From Thecamonas trahens ATCC 50062 (taxonomy: Eukaryota > Protista > Apusomonadida), in assembly GCF_000142905.1 (NCBI RefSeq), contig NW_013657648.1:134289-198288 (forward strand): a stretch of DNA of 64,000 nucleotides. The letters are read 5' to 3'. A program made the position numbers and the translations under genes. Shown one piece after another: positions 10,391 to 22,649 of the stretch. The notes below the pieces were generated by a model. It did not search any database and was not told where the DNA came from. It was given only the letters and a program-made list of their open reading frames with translations. Numbering within the stretch: the first letter of the stretch is position 1; every line of letters starts with the position of its first letter.

Positions 10391-13300
10391 TCATACGCCC
10401 TTTCCCAGCAGCGCCGCCTTGTCGCGCATCCGCCTAGCCCGGATGTACTCGCGCTTTTGCGCAGACGTCATCTCCGACTTGCGCACGCCACGCAAGTGTT
10501 CTGGAAGCCATCCATCGTCGCGCTCGGCTCCATGCTGCCCAATAGCAGCTCGGGGCTGTGTCGGAGCCGGGGCTGAAGCCGGAGCCGGAGCCGGAGCCAG
10601 AGCCGAAGCCGGAGACATAGAGGTCCTCTCTGCCACTGGTGCCGCGGGCGCCGGTCCGAGTGCGGCCCTCTTGGCGCGCACATAGCGCCGCTTGTCAGCC
10701 TCACTGTACGTCGACTTGGCCCGCCGCAGGTCAGCTGGCACCCAGTCAGGGAAGGTCCGCCGCGGGCTTGCGGCCAGCTGCTCAGGTATCGATGTCGTTG
10801 CCGGTGCAGATGCTGGTGCCTTGGACTGGCGCTCTCTGGTCGCCTCCCCACCGTCAAGCGCCTCCTGTGATGCCTTAAACGCCCGACGTGCTCGAACATA
10901 CGCCTTGCGCTCCGCCCGAGTCATCTCCGACTTGGCCTTGCCACGGAGCTCGAGAGGAACCCATGGCTTGTCGCCGTTGTCGTTGATGTCGGCGGCAACT
11001 TCTGCCGGGGCTGTGGCCGGGACTGGCGCCTCGGCTGCCGCCATCCGCTTCCGCGACTTGGAGCGCAGCCGCTTGTCACCAGGCAACTTGCGAACCATTT
11101 CGACGCTTCCATCGCGATGCTTGATGCGGTACCACTTGGAACGCTGGCCCGGCTCGACCGAGCTGGCGCGCCCGCGGCCAGATGACGACGATGATGACGA
11201 CGATGACGACCCGCCGTCTGAGCTTGCGTCCTCACTCACACCTTCACCCAATCCCGAGCCGCCACCAACGTCTGCATCAGTCCCAGGGCGTGCCTGTGCG
11301 GCCTTCTTGCTCGACTCGAGACCGTCCGGCTTGCGGTCGACAATCTCGACGGTGCCGTCGCGATGCGTGATGCGATACCGCTTGCGCTTGGTGCTACTCG
11401 CGCGAGCGCGTGGCAGCGGCGAGTCGGGTCCAGCGCTCATTGAGGACGCACGAGCGCGGGCTCGCGACAACGAGCGCGACGCTGACCGTGGCCGCACGCC
11501 CTTGGGCTTGCTGTCGAGAATCTCGACTTCGTGGTTACGGTGGTAGACGCGGTAATGCTTGCGCCGAGCCGGCGACGCCGACACTGGACCGGAGCTATGA
11601 TCGCCTTCGCCCGATATTGCTCGCGGCAGTGCCGAGACTGATCGCCGCCGCGGCTTGCGTGCCACAATGACCACAGAGCCATCACGCTTGTGGACACGGT
11701 AAAGCTTGCGCCGCTGGCTTGTCACCGACTCGGCGCCCGGAGACGCTGCCTGTGGCTGGCTGTGTCGCGGCATCTTTCCGGTAGTGTGCGGACCATTCTG
11801 CGACGGCGACATGATCTCGCGACGGACCGGCGACCGTGACTTGGACCGCTGCGCCAAGGCAGGACTACGCGCACTGTCGTGACCACGTGGACGACCGCGC
11901 GGGCGACCACGGCCACGGCCACGGCCACGGCCACGACCGCGACCTGATCCACGAGCCTTGCGCGGCGAGGATCGGCCCTTGCGCGGCGAGACCGACCGTG
12001 GCTCGGCGAGCGCTGCAATGCGCTCTTGTCGCGCCCGTTCGGCAGTCTGGCGTGCGGTGGCAAGTTCGGTCCGCAGCTTGGTGTTCACCCGTTTGGCTTC
12101 GGCCAGCTCGTCTTCAAGCACAGTCACCTGGGCTGCCGACTCGGCCTGGGCAGCCAGCAACTCATACTCGTCGCGATCGAGCTCGACCACACCAGCGCGT
12201 CGCGCGACCGCCTCATCGGCAGCGCGAGCGGCTGCCTCGGTGTTGGCACGAGCGGCGACAACCTCGTTGACAAGGTCGTGGTTCTGAGCCTGCAGCACAG
12301 CGAGCGCATCTGAGAGCTGCGCATCATTCTCGCGGGCAGTCTCTCCGTCTCGCACGAGAGCCTCAAGCTCTTCCTGGGCCACTTCCAGCTCTGCTTCGGC
12401 GGCGGCAGCCTTGGCAGTCACCGCGGCGAGATCGGTCTGTAGAGTCTCGGCGCGAGCAGCTGCAGCATCACGCTCGGCCTGAGCGGCATCGCGCTCGGTC
12501 TCTAGGTCCACAAGCTGGTCAAAGAGCTCGTGGATCCGCGACTCTTCGAGCGCGACAATGCCTGGGCCAAGGCCAGATTTCGGTGCCGGGGAGGACAGCG
12601 CGCTAGCGTCCGAGTCAGCGGCACGGATGGCGAGGACATCGACCGAAGCCTGCATGACCGAGATGAGTGCATCCTTCTCGGCATGGAGCATAGAGAGCTC
12701 ACGAATGAGCGCGTGTGCTGCAGGTAGAGAGTCGGGCAAAGTGTCGGCAGTAAATGAGTCGCAAGCCTCATACACAGGCTCAGGGGCTGTAACAGGAGGC
12801 GCCGCGCGACGGACGACTTCAGCCTCGTCCTCCAGTGCGGCGATTCGAGCGTACGCACCACGTAGCTCGTCTTTGGCATCATTGTACTCACGGCGGAAAC
12901 CCTTCATCTGCTTGGAGACCTTGACCAGCAGGGCACGCGAGTCGGCGAGGCACTGCTTGAGGTCGTCGCGGTCGCGGGTGACGGCGTCGAGCTCGGCGCC
13001 AACCGACGAGAGCTCAGCAGTCAGGTCCTCGACATTTGCGCCCAGGACGGCGTTTTCAGCGAGCAGCGTGTTGCGGGCCGAGTCAAGGGCGGCGTCGGCC
13101 GAGTCTGCAGCGGCGGTTGCGGCGGCGGCGCGTGCGTTGAGGCTCGTGATTTGAGCGGCGAGCTTGGCGTTGGCGGTTTTGAGCTCGGAGCGCTCGGCAC
13201 GGAGCTCGCGAAGGGTAGCGTTAAGGGCAGCTACCTGCTCGATTGACTCGTTGGAGGCAAAGACCGAGGTCTCGAGTTCGGCGCGCTGATCGTCAAGCTG

Positions 13301-14209
13301 GACTTCGGCCATGCGCCACTTTGTGCGGGCCTCCATAACTTCCAGTGAGGCTGCGGCAGTACGCGCAGCAAGGCGAGCCTCTGCACGTTCAGCACGTTCG
13401 AGTGCGGCATCGCGCTCCTGGCGCACTTCACCGATGGTGGCGGACTTTGCGTCCGAGGCCTTGGCAGCGCGAGCGAGCTTCTCGGTGAGAGCGACGACCT
13501 TGGACTTTGCCTCGTTGGCCTCGGCCTTGAGCTCGGGCCAAGCACGCCACATGGCGCGGAGCTTGCGGTAGTGGTCTTCAGTCCAGCCGAGTGCCTCTTC
13601 GCGCGCTCGCAGCCTGTCTGCCAGTGCATCGAGCTCTGCCTCGCGCTGGCGTGCGTCACGGGCCATATCGGCGGCAAGCGACTCGGCTAGTGACTCAAAC
13701 TGGGCCTTTTCGGCCTTGTGGGCCTCAAACTTACGCTCAAAGAACTCATTGTCCAGTCGCTTCTGCAGCGCCGTCGTCTTCCGCATCAGCGCGCGATACT
13801 TATCCGCCGCCGCCGCCGACTTTTCCTTCTCGACACCCACCCTAGCCTCGGCCTCAGCCGCCCGCGCCCGTGCCGCCCGCGCCTCGGCCTTGTACGACTG
13901 TCCGCCCACCCCACACCCCGCCGATCAGACCATCCATGTCCATCATACTCTGTCAGTCAGCGCACCGCATCGCCCTCCCTCGGCCCCTGCCCCTGCACGT
14001 ACCTCGACCAGGCGGACAAGGGCTTGACAATCTTCGTCGGTGTTTCCCGCCATCAGAGTGGACATGGGTGGTGAGTGATGGGCAGGCGGGCTAGAGGTAG
14101 AGCCCCTCCTACCACTGGTTGCACTGCTGCTGCGGCGCAGCAGCTCGGCCTCGTCTTGGCCCAGGTGACCAACACCCGACAGGTCGTTGGCGGCAAAGAA
14201 GGCCTCCAT
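10391..14209 (-). CDS. Long coiled-coil protein (~1237 aa) with basic low-complexity tail and two short repeat families; exons 14209-14003 and 13897-10391
   Basis: 1169-codon exon with A/E/L/R-rich coiled-coil character. The upstream exon MEAFFAAND..LVRLVE joins SYKAEAR in phase 0. Confidence 0.8.
13898..14002 (-). other. Spliceosomal intron (105 nt, phase 0)
   Basis: GTACGT donor, ...ggggtgggcggacAG acceptor; the intron contains an in-frame stop. Confidence 0.75.
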
Positions 14210-14632
14210 ACCCCCCAACGTATCCGCGTGTGGGATTAGAGACAGAGGTGGAGGAAGTGTGGCTGGTGTCACCAACGCACACAGGTCGTGGGTCTGGTGT
14301 CTGGTATGGGGAGGGGAGGGGTGGAGGGGAGGGGGGGGGGGGTGACGGTGACGAGGGAGGCGGTGGTCGACTTGGCGCCAACGAGTTCCAAGTCGGAAGC
14401 AATCGACCAACCGAGTCAGTCACTCCCCGCATCGGTGGCCACCAACCGTCACCAGCCACCAGCCACCAACCACCAACCACCAGCCACCGCTACCGCCACC
14501 GCCACCACCACGCCACCGCTACCACTACCGCTACCGGCACTTCTCCCCCCCCACCCCACCACACACACTCATACCCAACACCCATATCCATACCCACACT
14601 CATACACATTCGCATAGCCGTACACTATCTCT

Positions 14633-16786
14633 ATGGCTGAGATAGACCTGTCCATTGCAGAGCTGGAGGAGGAGCTGGCCGCCCTCTCCGTCGCCTACGC
14701 CTCGGTCAAGCACGAGCCGGTGGTGGTCGAGCAGAGTCTTCGCCATAGCCACGACTACGCCCATGGTTACGGCCACGGTCATGACCATCATATACGCTCC
14801 TCGGGCCTGGGTGACACCCGCCCGCCCCCTCACGCCCAAGACCTGGCTGACTCAGCCCCGCCGGACGTCTGGTTTCACGACGGGGACTCTGACGCCGCAA
14901 GTGCTGCTCTGTCGGTGCTGGCGGCTTCGGCTGGACCACCTTCTCTTGCTGCACATCCGTCCCAGCCAGAGCCTCAGCCAGAGCTGACCCGCTCTGCCGT
15001 TGAGATCGAGCTGATCAGAGTCCGCGAGCAGATCTACCTGCGCAACGAGGAGAAGCGCAAGGCGCAAGACGCCGCCCGACCGACTGACAAGGGCAAGGGC
15101 AAGTCTAAGGACAAGCTCAAGGCCAAGGGAAAGGGAAAGGCCAAGTCTAAGTCCAAGTCCAAGTCCAAGTCCAAGTCCAAGTCCAAGGGCGGCAAGTCCG
15201 AAGCCAAGAGCAAGGCCAGTGATCACGCAACACCCAAAGGGACGGACAGTCGCAACAGCCTGCGCCGCCGCGGACGGAAGCGGATCCACGTCTCGGCCCG
15301 CGATGCAAAGTCTGGCTCGGGATCGTCGAGCCCACTGTTCTCGTCGTTCTCGATGACGGCGTCGTATTCGGTCTCAGTCTCGTCGCCGTCCGAGCCCGCG
15401 GCCGACGCCGGATCCTCCGGAGCCGCCGATCCTGCCGCCAGCGGCCAGATGCCAGCCGTGAGCCCTCCGACCGACGCCTGCGTATGCGACCCTTCACCCA
15501 CTGATCCTGCGCTTGCCGCGTCTCGGCCGGCAGAGTCGGCTGCTGCCGCGTCCGAGGCCAACCCCGTCGCCGATGCCGATGCCGATGCCGACGCTTCACC
15601 GCCGGTGGCACCGCCTCGGACTGCAGTGCGTCTTCCCCAAGAAGCCGAGAAGACCGAGCCAGACGAGCCAGTATCGGCCGAACTCTCGTTTATCGAGCTC
15701 GGACGGATGGTACAGAGCGAGTGGCGGGCGAGCAACGTGGGACGGGCCATGGAGCAGCGTGTTCTGTCCAACGGAAGCCGGCGGTTCGGCCTGCTGGAGG
15801 CACCGCCACTTCCACCGACTACCATGGTGACGGCAATGGGTATGCCGCGGGCGCAGCCGACTGCCCGGCTCACGTCGCGGATTGTGTTGCTTGGCGCAGC
15901 CAAGGCCGGCAAGACAGCAACGGTCCGGTCCATCCTGGGCACAACGCCAGCCGACGCTGACAAGCGCTACATCCCGACTCGCGGCATGCAGACCTCGCGC
16001 AAGTTCTGGATGGCGTGCAAGTCGCGGAACGAGCAGGTCATCCTCCTCGACCTGCGCTTCGTCGACGTTGGCGCCACCGCCGCCACCGCCCACCGCAGCT
16101 ATCTGCAGACCGAGCAGAGGACGCTGTTTGCGCTCCCGCGCACCGTCATGATGCTTGTCTTCTCGGTTGCTGACCGCGCATCGTACACCGCTGTCCTCAC
16201 GATGCTCACTCAGTTTACCACCGTCTCGGCCATCAAGATCCTAGTCGCCACTCATCGCGACGTCGCGGCCGACAAGATCGTCGTCTCCACCGACGAGATG
16301 CTGGAGCTGTCGCGGTCCCGTGGCATCCCGCTCTACTTTATGTCCAACACGGCCTCACTGCATGCTGCTGCTGCCGCTGCTGCTGCCGCCACGGCCACGT
16401 CGGCACAGCTGCAGCCTGTCGCGGGCCCTGTCGCTTCCTCCCCGGCCGCACCCGCTCCGCTTTCTGCCCACTCGCGCGGCACGGTCATGAGCATGGACGA
16501 GGACGGCTCAACCGAGCCAAACACACCCCGCCGCGACTCTCGGACTCCGACTGAGATTGCCGCCGCTGCCGCCGCCGAGATCGTCGCCGCCCAGCAGTCG
16601 GCCACCGCTGCTGCTGCCGCCGCTGCCGCCCAGCAGTCGGCCGCTGCTGCCCAGTCGGCCGCCGCCCACGACGTCGAGCTGCTCCTTAACGGTATCGCCG
16701 AGCTCCTCGTTCGCCAGCAGCAGGATACCCAGCTCCGTCAGCTGGAAATGATCATGGCCCAGCAAGCCACCACCGCTGCCAACTAA
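14633..16786 (+). CDS. CPLANE2: CPLANE2/RSG1-like atypical small GTPase with a long low-complexity N-terminal extension
   Basis: RRFGLLEAPPLPP, RIVLLGAAKAGKTA (P-loop), TRGMQTSRKFW, LRFVDVG and FSVADRASY resemble recalled RSG1 motifs (FGLLERPVLPP, GIQTTVVFW, FWDCG, FSFTDRASF). Confidence 0.7.
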   Translation: MAEIDLSIAELEEELAALSVAYASVKHEPVVVEQSLRHSHDYAHGYGHGHDHHIRSSGLGDTRPPPHAQDLADSAPPDVWFHDGDSDAASAALSVLAASAGPPSLAAHPSQPEPQPELTRSAVEIELIRVREQIYLRNEEKRKAQDAARPTDKGKGKSKDKLKAKGKGKAKSKSKSKSKSKSKSKGGKSEAKSKASDHATPKGTDSRNSLRRRGRKRIHVSARDAKSGSGSSSPLFSSFSMTASYSVSVSSPSEPAADAGSSGAADPAASGQMPAVSPPTDACVCDPSPTDPALAASRPAESAAAASEANPVADADADADASPPVAPPRTAVRLPQEAEKTEPDEPVSAELSFIELGRMVQSEWRASNVGRAMEQRVLSNGSRRFGLLEAPPLPPTTMVTAMGMPRAQPTARLTSRIVLLGAAKAGKTATVRSILGTTPADADKRYIPTRGMQTSRKFWMACKSRNEQVILLDLRFVDVGATAATAHRSYLQTEQRTLFALPRTVMMLVFSVADRASYTAVLTMLTQFTTVSAIKILVATHRDVAADKIVVSTDEMLELSRSRGIPLYFMSNTASLHAAAAAAAAATATSAQLQPVAGPVASSPAAPAPLSAHSRGTVMSMDEDGSTEPNTPRRDSRTPTEIAAAAAAEIVAAQQSATAAAAAAAAQQSAAAAQSAAAHDVELLLNGIAELLVRQQQDTQLRQLEMIMAQQATTAAN

Positions 16787-16915
16787 GCCTGTACGGTTCA
16801 GTCACCAGGGCGCTTTGATGCGCGTCCCCAAAGTGAACGACGCAGTGCATGACCAACCCCCTCGTCGCCGGACCGTTCCCCTCGCTTGCCCTACCACCAC
16901 CCTCCCAGGCGCAAT

Positions 16916-17015
16916 NNNNNNNNNNNNNNNNNNNNNNNNNNNNNNNNNNNNNNNNNNNNNNNNNNNNNNNNNNNNNNNNNNNNNNNNNNNNNNNNNNNNN
17001 NNNNNNNNNNNNNNN
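16916..17015. other. Assembly gap (100 N)
   Basis: N run. Confidence 1.
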
Positions 17016-17088
17016 GCAAACTACTCTTCATACCCCTACCACCCCCACCCCCCCCCCCCCCCCCCCTCCCCCTCCTCCTCCCTACTCC

Positions 17089-17583
17089 ATGTCTTCTCCC
17101 CCCGCACCCGACACCCTTGTGCCAAAGGCCGACAACGAAGCCGTCGAGGCCGACATTGCCACCATGCTCGGTGCACTGGTGGTGGCACTCGAGGGGAGCA
17201 GCAGCAAGTCACTGGCTGGCCTCGCCCCTGCCCCACCACCAGCCCATCCGCACGCACCGGCTATGGCGGCTCTCTGTGTGGCGCTGTTCGGCTCAGCGGC
17301 GCCCGTCGCCCGTGACTCGGCCCCGCATGCTGTTCACGCCTCGCTGCTCCTGGCTGCTGGCGCTCTTGGCCTGCCGCACGGCGCGCTGGCAACGTCGCCG
17401 CTCCCGCCACACGATCGGTCTCACGCCGCTGTCCTCGAGTGGGCGCTGCTGCGGCGGATGGTCGACGTGGTCGGTGTGAAGCTCGAGGGCGCGCTGGTGC
17501 TGGACGTGGCTGGTTCGGACTGTGTGTCGGCGTACATGGCCCAGGCCGAGCTGGGCAAGATCCTGGCTGGAGGCGAGGGTTGA
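17089..17583 (+). CDS. Hypothetical protein (~164 aa)
   Basis: ATG follows a C-tract; coding-like codon usage; the stop faces the convergent gene. No family recognised. Confidence 0.55.
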   Translation: MSSPPAPDTLVPKADNEAVEADIATMLGALVVALEGSSSKSLAGLAPAPPPAHPHAPAMAALCVALFGSAAPVARDSAPHAVHASLLLAAGALGLPHGALATSPLPPHDRSHAAVLEWALLRRMVDVVGVKLEGALVLDVAGSDCVSAYMAQAELGKILAGGEG

Positions 17584-17601
17584 GGCGGGAGTCAGACGTA
17601 T

Positions 17602-19804
17602 TTACAACGGCGAGCCGGTAGACGCGGAGGCCGACGGCGATCCGGGCGAGATGCGGGCGGCCATGACCTGGGCCACAAGATTGTTGAGCGTGCCGACCCA
17701 CTCTGCCAGCTCTTGCTGTGACGAGGCCGAGAGGACAATGTCCTTGGCGCGGTCGCCTGCGCGGAGGCCCAACTGGAGGACAAAGCAAAAGTCGCGGTCC
17801 TGGGCGCCATCGGGAATGGAGACACCGGCAAGGGCAGCGAGCTCAATTGTTCCGCGCGGCTCGACATCCTGTGCGCCCACAAAGTAGTACAGCGTGTTGG
17901 CCTTGAGAACAAAGAACCGCGGCTGCCACTTCTTGCCTGAACGGCCGCCGCGCTTGTGAAGGATGCCCTCGAGGAGAATCGGCGTCGTGTCGGTGGCGTA
18001 GTCGGACGAGACCTTGGCCGTCAGCCGCTTCTTTTTGACCGAGTCCACCATGCGCGAGATGGAAGACCGCCGGAGGTTGCGGAACGGGCAAGGCGCGTTG
18101 GTCCGCGCAAAGTCGCGGGCAGCAGCAAGGAGCGAGGTGTACCACTCGAGCGTCACGTCATCGCTCTCGCCACGCACAAAGTATCTCGACTTGGTCTCGT
18201 TGTCGACCAGGATGATCGACGTCGCCTCGCGGTTGACGTCGCCCGACGCGTCGAGCTCAACGACCGAGCCGGCGAGGTGGATGCATCCTTGCGGCTCGCG
18301 GTCGCCAGACTTTTTGTAGTAAACAAAGTGGTCGCGGTTGAGGACACAGTGCCGCGGCTGCCATGAGCCCTTGCGGAAACCGCCGAGCTTGAAGAGTGTT
18401 CCGACCTTAGAAGCGGCCGCCTGGACGTTGAGCGACACCGCGCGAGTGCTTGTCCGCTTTGCCGCCACACCTGCTGCGACTCCCGCGCTCGGCGACTCCG
18501 GCACCGACGCCGACGAGCCTGCCCGATCGCGGCTCGCGGGCTCACCCGACACCACGACTGACGGCGGCGGCGCCGGGCTGGAGCTTGCCGGTAGGAGCAG
18601 CTCCTCGGGCAGCGCAGTAGCGCTGCTGCCGCCGGCGGGCTCGCCGAGAATTGCCAGCAGGCCACGGAGTGGGGTGATCGGCGGCGATGGCGTTCGTAGC
18701 AAGCCACCGGTGAGAATCGACGTCGCTTGAGTCGACATCTTTGACTCGGGCGAACAGTGGTCAAGGCAGATGTACCCGTCGGCCATCGTCATGCCATCAC
18801 GGAGCATGCCCGACCACGACCGCAGCTCGGTGGCGGCCGGGTCGAGGCCGTGGACAAAGGCCTGGAACTTGCGGCAGAGCTGTGGTGTGACCATGGCGCG
18901 CACGTCGTCGGGAGTCGTCGCCTCGGGCGCCACGCTCACTGCCCGCAGCGCGAGAGCCATGGCTTCCGGATACGCGCTGCTCGCCTGCTGCACCAGCGTC
19001 GCCACAGCGCGTCGCAGGTGTCGGAACACCGACCGCCGGTGGCCAAACAGCATCAGCTGAAGCTCGACCTGCTGCTGGGCCGGCTGAGCGAGGCCATCAA
19101 ATGCTGTCAGATCCATCTTGTCCGGTGTCTCTCGCGAGGTCTGGCCCACAATCAGAATGTTGAGCCATGCAATAAGGAGCGGCGCAAAGGTGATCACAAA
19201 CTCGAGCGGCTGCACAACCGCATAGCCCTCGGAGAGCACGTCATCTTGTGCTGCCGAGCCCATCGCCGTAGCAAAGTGCCATGGCACTGCCTCGCAGAGG
19301 AAACAAAGCCGGAACGTCCGCGCATCCCATGTCTCGGCCCGCAGCCAGTCCTGTGACATGGCGTCGGTGACGAGAGCAAACAGATGCGGCGTGTCCGGAG
19401 CGGCGCTCATGAACGACTGTGTGTACGCCTGCACGAGTCCGGCGTAGCCGTCAAGCACCACTTCGCCACCGCTAGCCACCACCGAGGCCCGAAAAGACTT
19501 CTTCCGCTCGTTTCCGATGGCCACACCCTGGCCGACCTCAAGCGAGTCTTTGCTGCTCTCGCCAGCAGCACCGGCACCTGGCCCATCACTTCCGCCAGCC
19601 GCCGTCGTTGCCGCCGTCGTTGCCGCCGTCGCTGCCGCTGCCACTGCCGCAGCCGAGCCTGCTGCAGTGATCGACTCTTTGCCAGTCCGCTCGGGCAGAA
19701 CCTGGAAGAAGGCAAGCGGGATGAGGCCGCGGGCACCGGTGGCCACGGCCTCGCCCACCGCCCACTCTTTCCCGTCGTCGCCTGGCAGCGGTGTCATGTA
19801 CACC
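17602..19804 (-). CDS. Signalling protein with partial SH3, a helical middle region and two PH domains; 5' exon(s) in the gap
   Basis: SH3 C-half EWAVGE..GARGLIPLAFFQVL; PH1 GTLFKLGGFRKGSWQPRHCVL..EWYTSL; PH2 EGILHKRGGRSGKKWQPRFFVL..EWVGTL. Acceptor ccgacAG ends at 19805. Confidence 0.85.
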
Positions 19805-19831
19805 CTGTCGGACCAACCAAGCCCAGACCAG

Positions 19832-19899
19832 CCGTACCCATGGTCATACCCATGCCCATGTCCGTACCCATGCCCATGTCCGTACCCATGCCCATGTCC
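19832..19899. repeat. 18-bp tandem repeat (tacccatgcccatgtccg) x~3, probably intronic
   Basis: Direct reading. Confidence 0.85.
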
Positions 19900-19972
19900 A
19901 ACCCCCCATGCTTGCCGTAAGTCGTACTAAGCCCACCCGCCCCCTCCCGCCGCCGCCCCTCCCTCCCCCTCC

Positions 19973-20703
19973 NNNNNNNNNNNNNNNNNNNNNNNNNNNN
20001 NNNNNNNNNNNNNNNNNNNNNNNNNNNNNNNNNNNNNNNNNNNNNNNNNNNNNNNNNNNNNNNNNNNNNNNNNNNNNNNNNNNNNNNNNNNNNNNNNNNN
20101 NNNNNNNNNNNNNNNNNNNNNNNNNNNNNNNNNNNNNNNNNNNNNNNNNNNNNNNNNNNNNNNNNNNNNNNNNNNNNNNNNNNNNNNNNNNNNNNNNNNN
20201 NNNNNNNNNNNNNNNNNNNNNNNNNNNNNNNNNNNNNNNNNNNNNNNNNNNNNNNNNNNNNNNNNNNNNNNNNNNNNNNNNNNNNNNNNNNNNNNNNNNN
20301 NNNNNNNNNNNNNNNNNNNNNNNNNNNNNNNNNNNNNNNNNNNNNNNNNNNNNNNNNNNNNNNNNNNNNNNNNNNNNNNNNNNNNNNNNNNNNNNNNNNN
20401 NNNNNNNNNNNNNNNNNNNNNNNNNNNNNNNNNNNNNNNNNNNNNNNNNNNNNNNNNNNNNNNNNNNNNNNNNNNNNNNNNNNNNNNNNNNNNNNNNNNN
20501 NNNNNNNNNNNNNNNNNNNNNNNNNNNNNNNNNNNNNNNNNNNNNNNNNNNNNNNNNNNNNNNNNNNNNNNNNNNNNNNNNNNNNNNNNNNNNNNNNNNN
20601 NNNNNNNNNNNNNNNNNNNNNNNNNNNNNNNNNNNNNNNNNNNNNNNNNNNNNNNNNNNNNNNNNNNNNNNNNNNNNNNNNNNNNNNNNNNNNNNNNNNN
20701 NNN
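19973..20703. other. Assembly gap
   Basis: N run. Confidence 1.
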
Positions 20704-20881
20704 GGGGGGGGAGGCTGGCAGGAGGACCACTGCCGAATGACCGCGCGCGCCAAAAGCCCCGCCCGCCACCCCTCCCTTCCTCCCCACTCCACCTCTACCC
20801 CTCCCACACCCCTCCCTCCCTCCCACTCCCCAACACATCCCCTCCGCCACCCTACCTACCCTCCTCCTCTTTCTCCCTGCC

Positions 20882-22635
20882 ATGGCCAAGTTCTCCGCCG
20901 ACACGGCGTTTGCACGGGTGTTCTCGTCCGAGGCGCAGGTGGCGCCGTCGCTGGCTCTGCGGACGACCCATGTCCACGCCCGGGTCCTTGCCGTCTCTCA
21001 GCCGCTGCACCTCGCAGTGGTGGGCAACGGCATGCTGCTTGATCTGTACAATCTCAATCCGCCCAAGGTTGCCGGCGATGCCCCGGTCCTCACCTACGAG
21101 GACCGCATCTCGCTCCTCGACTGTGGGCAGAACGACGACTCGTCGCCGCCGCTCGGCCCTGTTGTCTCGCTAGCCTTCTCGCCGCGCGACGTGCTGTACA
21201 TCGGGACGGCGTCTGGCCACGTAATCTCGTTCCGCATCCGGAAGCGCGTGCTCGCTCCGGGTGCCGATGTCAATCCGCTCTTTGCCCAGTGCCTCATGCA
21301 GGCCCACATTGCGCCCAACGCAGACGTCACTGCCGTCCTGCCGTCGCCGGTCTCCAAGGACATTGTGCTCATCTCTCTCGTGCCGCGGAGCGCCGGCTCG
21401 GTTGCCTCGCTCCACACCATCTACCTCGACACGGGTACTGTATCGATTGCTCCTGTCTCGCTGCAGCTCGCCCTCACCACCGCCATCGCCTTCTCGCCCT
21501 GCGGCCAGTTTGTGGCGACGTGCGACGTCGACGCCGTCTTCCGCGTCTGGTCCGTCGCCCTCTCTGCCGACGAGCCCAACCCACGATCGCTTGTTCTCCT
21601 CCCAGTCTACGAGTGGGGCGATGCTGCCGCTTCCGCCGCCACCTCGCTTGTCTGGCTTGCCGCGCCCGACCCGACCGCCATGACTCTCGGCGGTGCGCCA
21701 ACCACCGCCCCCTCCTTGTCTCCGGCCACGACTCGGGTGCGCTCAAGACCTGGTCCGTCGACGGCTCGCTCATGGCGCAGTACCCGCAGCTCCATGTCCG
21801 TGGGCATCAGCTTGTTGAGCTATCGGTGCCAATCCCGCTGGCGCCGGGCATGTGGTTCGAGGCTGGTTCGATGCCGGACCGCGACCTCGACCCGGTCTCG
21901 CGCATTCTCGCTGCCCGCGGCGTGGACCCCATCGTCTGGCGGTCGGCCCGTCTGCCGTTCGAGCCATCGCATCTTGTGCTCTCGCTCGCCCTGGGCTCGG
22001 CTGCCCTTCGGTTCTGGCCTGTCGCTCCCAATGGCGACCTCGCTTCACTCGAGCACGTTCTCCAGCTCGAGCCCATCAAGCTCAACGGAACCGACCCGCG
22101 CGGCATGGCCGTTCTCCCGCGCTCGTCTGCCGACGAGCCTATTATCCTACTCATCCTCACCGACGCTGGCTTTAACTCGATCGTCCTCAGCCCTGCACCG
22201 CCTCCCGCGCTGGCCGACGACTCGCCACCGGTCGACTCTCACGACGCTACGGCCCAGACCGGCGACGCCCTGCACAACGCCGTCGTCGCTGCCCTAGCAG
22301 CGGACGATGCAGCAGAGGCCGCTGCGGCCGCAGACACTGCAGCAGCAGACACTGCAGCCGCAGACGCTGCGGCCGCAAATGCCGCACCCCCGCACCATAC
22401 CCGCGCACGCCATGACGCTGCGTCGTTGTACGCACTCCCGCCGCCGCCGATCCGCCGCGCTTACCCGCCGCGGCGTGAGTCGGACAAGGTGGGCCGGCTG
22501 AGCGACCTTGCCGAGCGCGTCGCCAACCTCGAGGCCGAGCTCGTCATGGTCCGCAACTCGTTTGTCGTCTTCTCCGACGCCATGACCAAGGACATGGCCA
22601 GGGTTCTCTCGACGCTCAACCGCCTTACCTCGTGA
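20882..22635 (+). CDS. WD40-repeat protein with C-terminal coiled coil; frame break near 21710
   Basis: WD-like blades VVSLAFSPRDVLYIGTASG and AIAFSPCGQFVATCDVDAVFRVW; after the shift LLVSGHDSGALKTWSV. Overlapping ORFs 20882..22297 and 21289..22635. Confidence 0.75.
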
Positions 22636-22649
22636 GCGACGCGGTCTGC

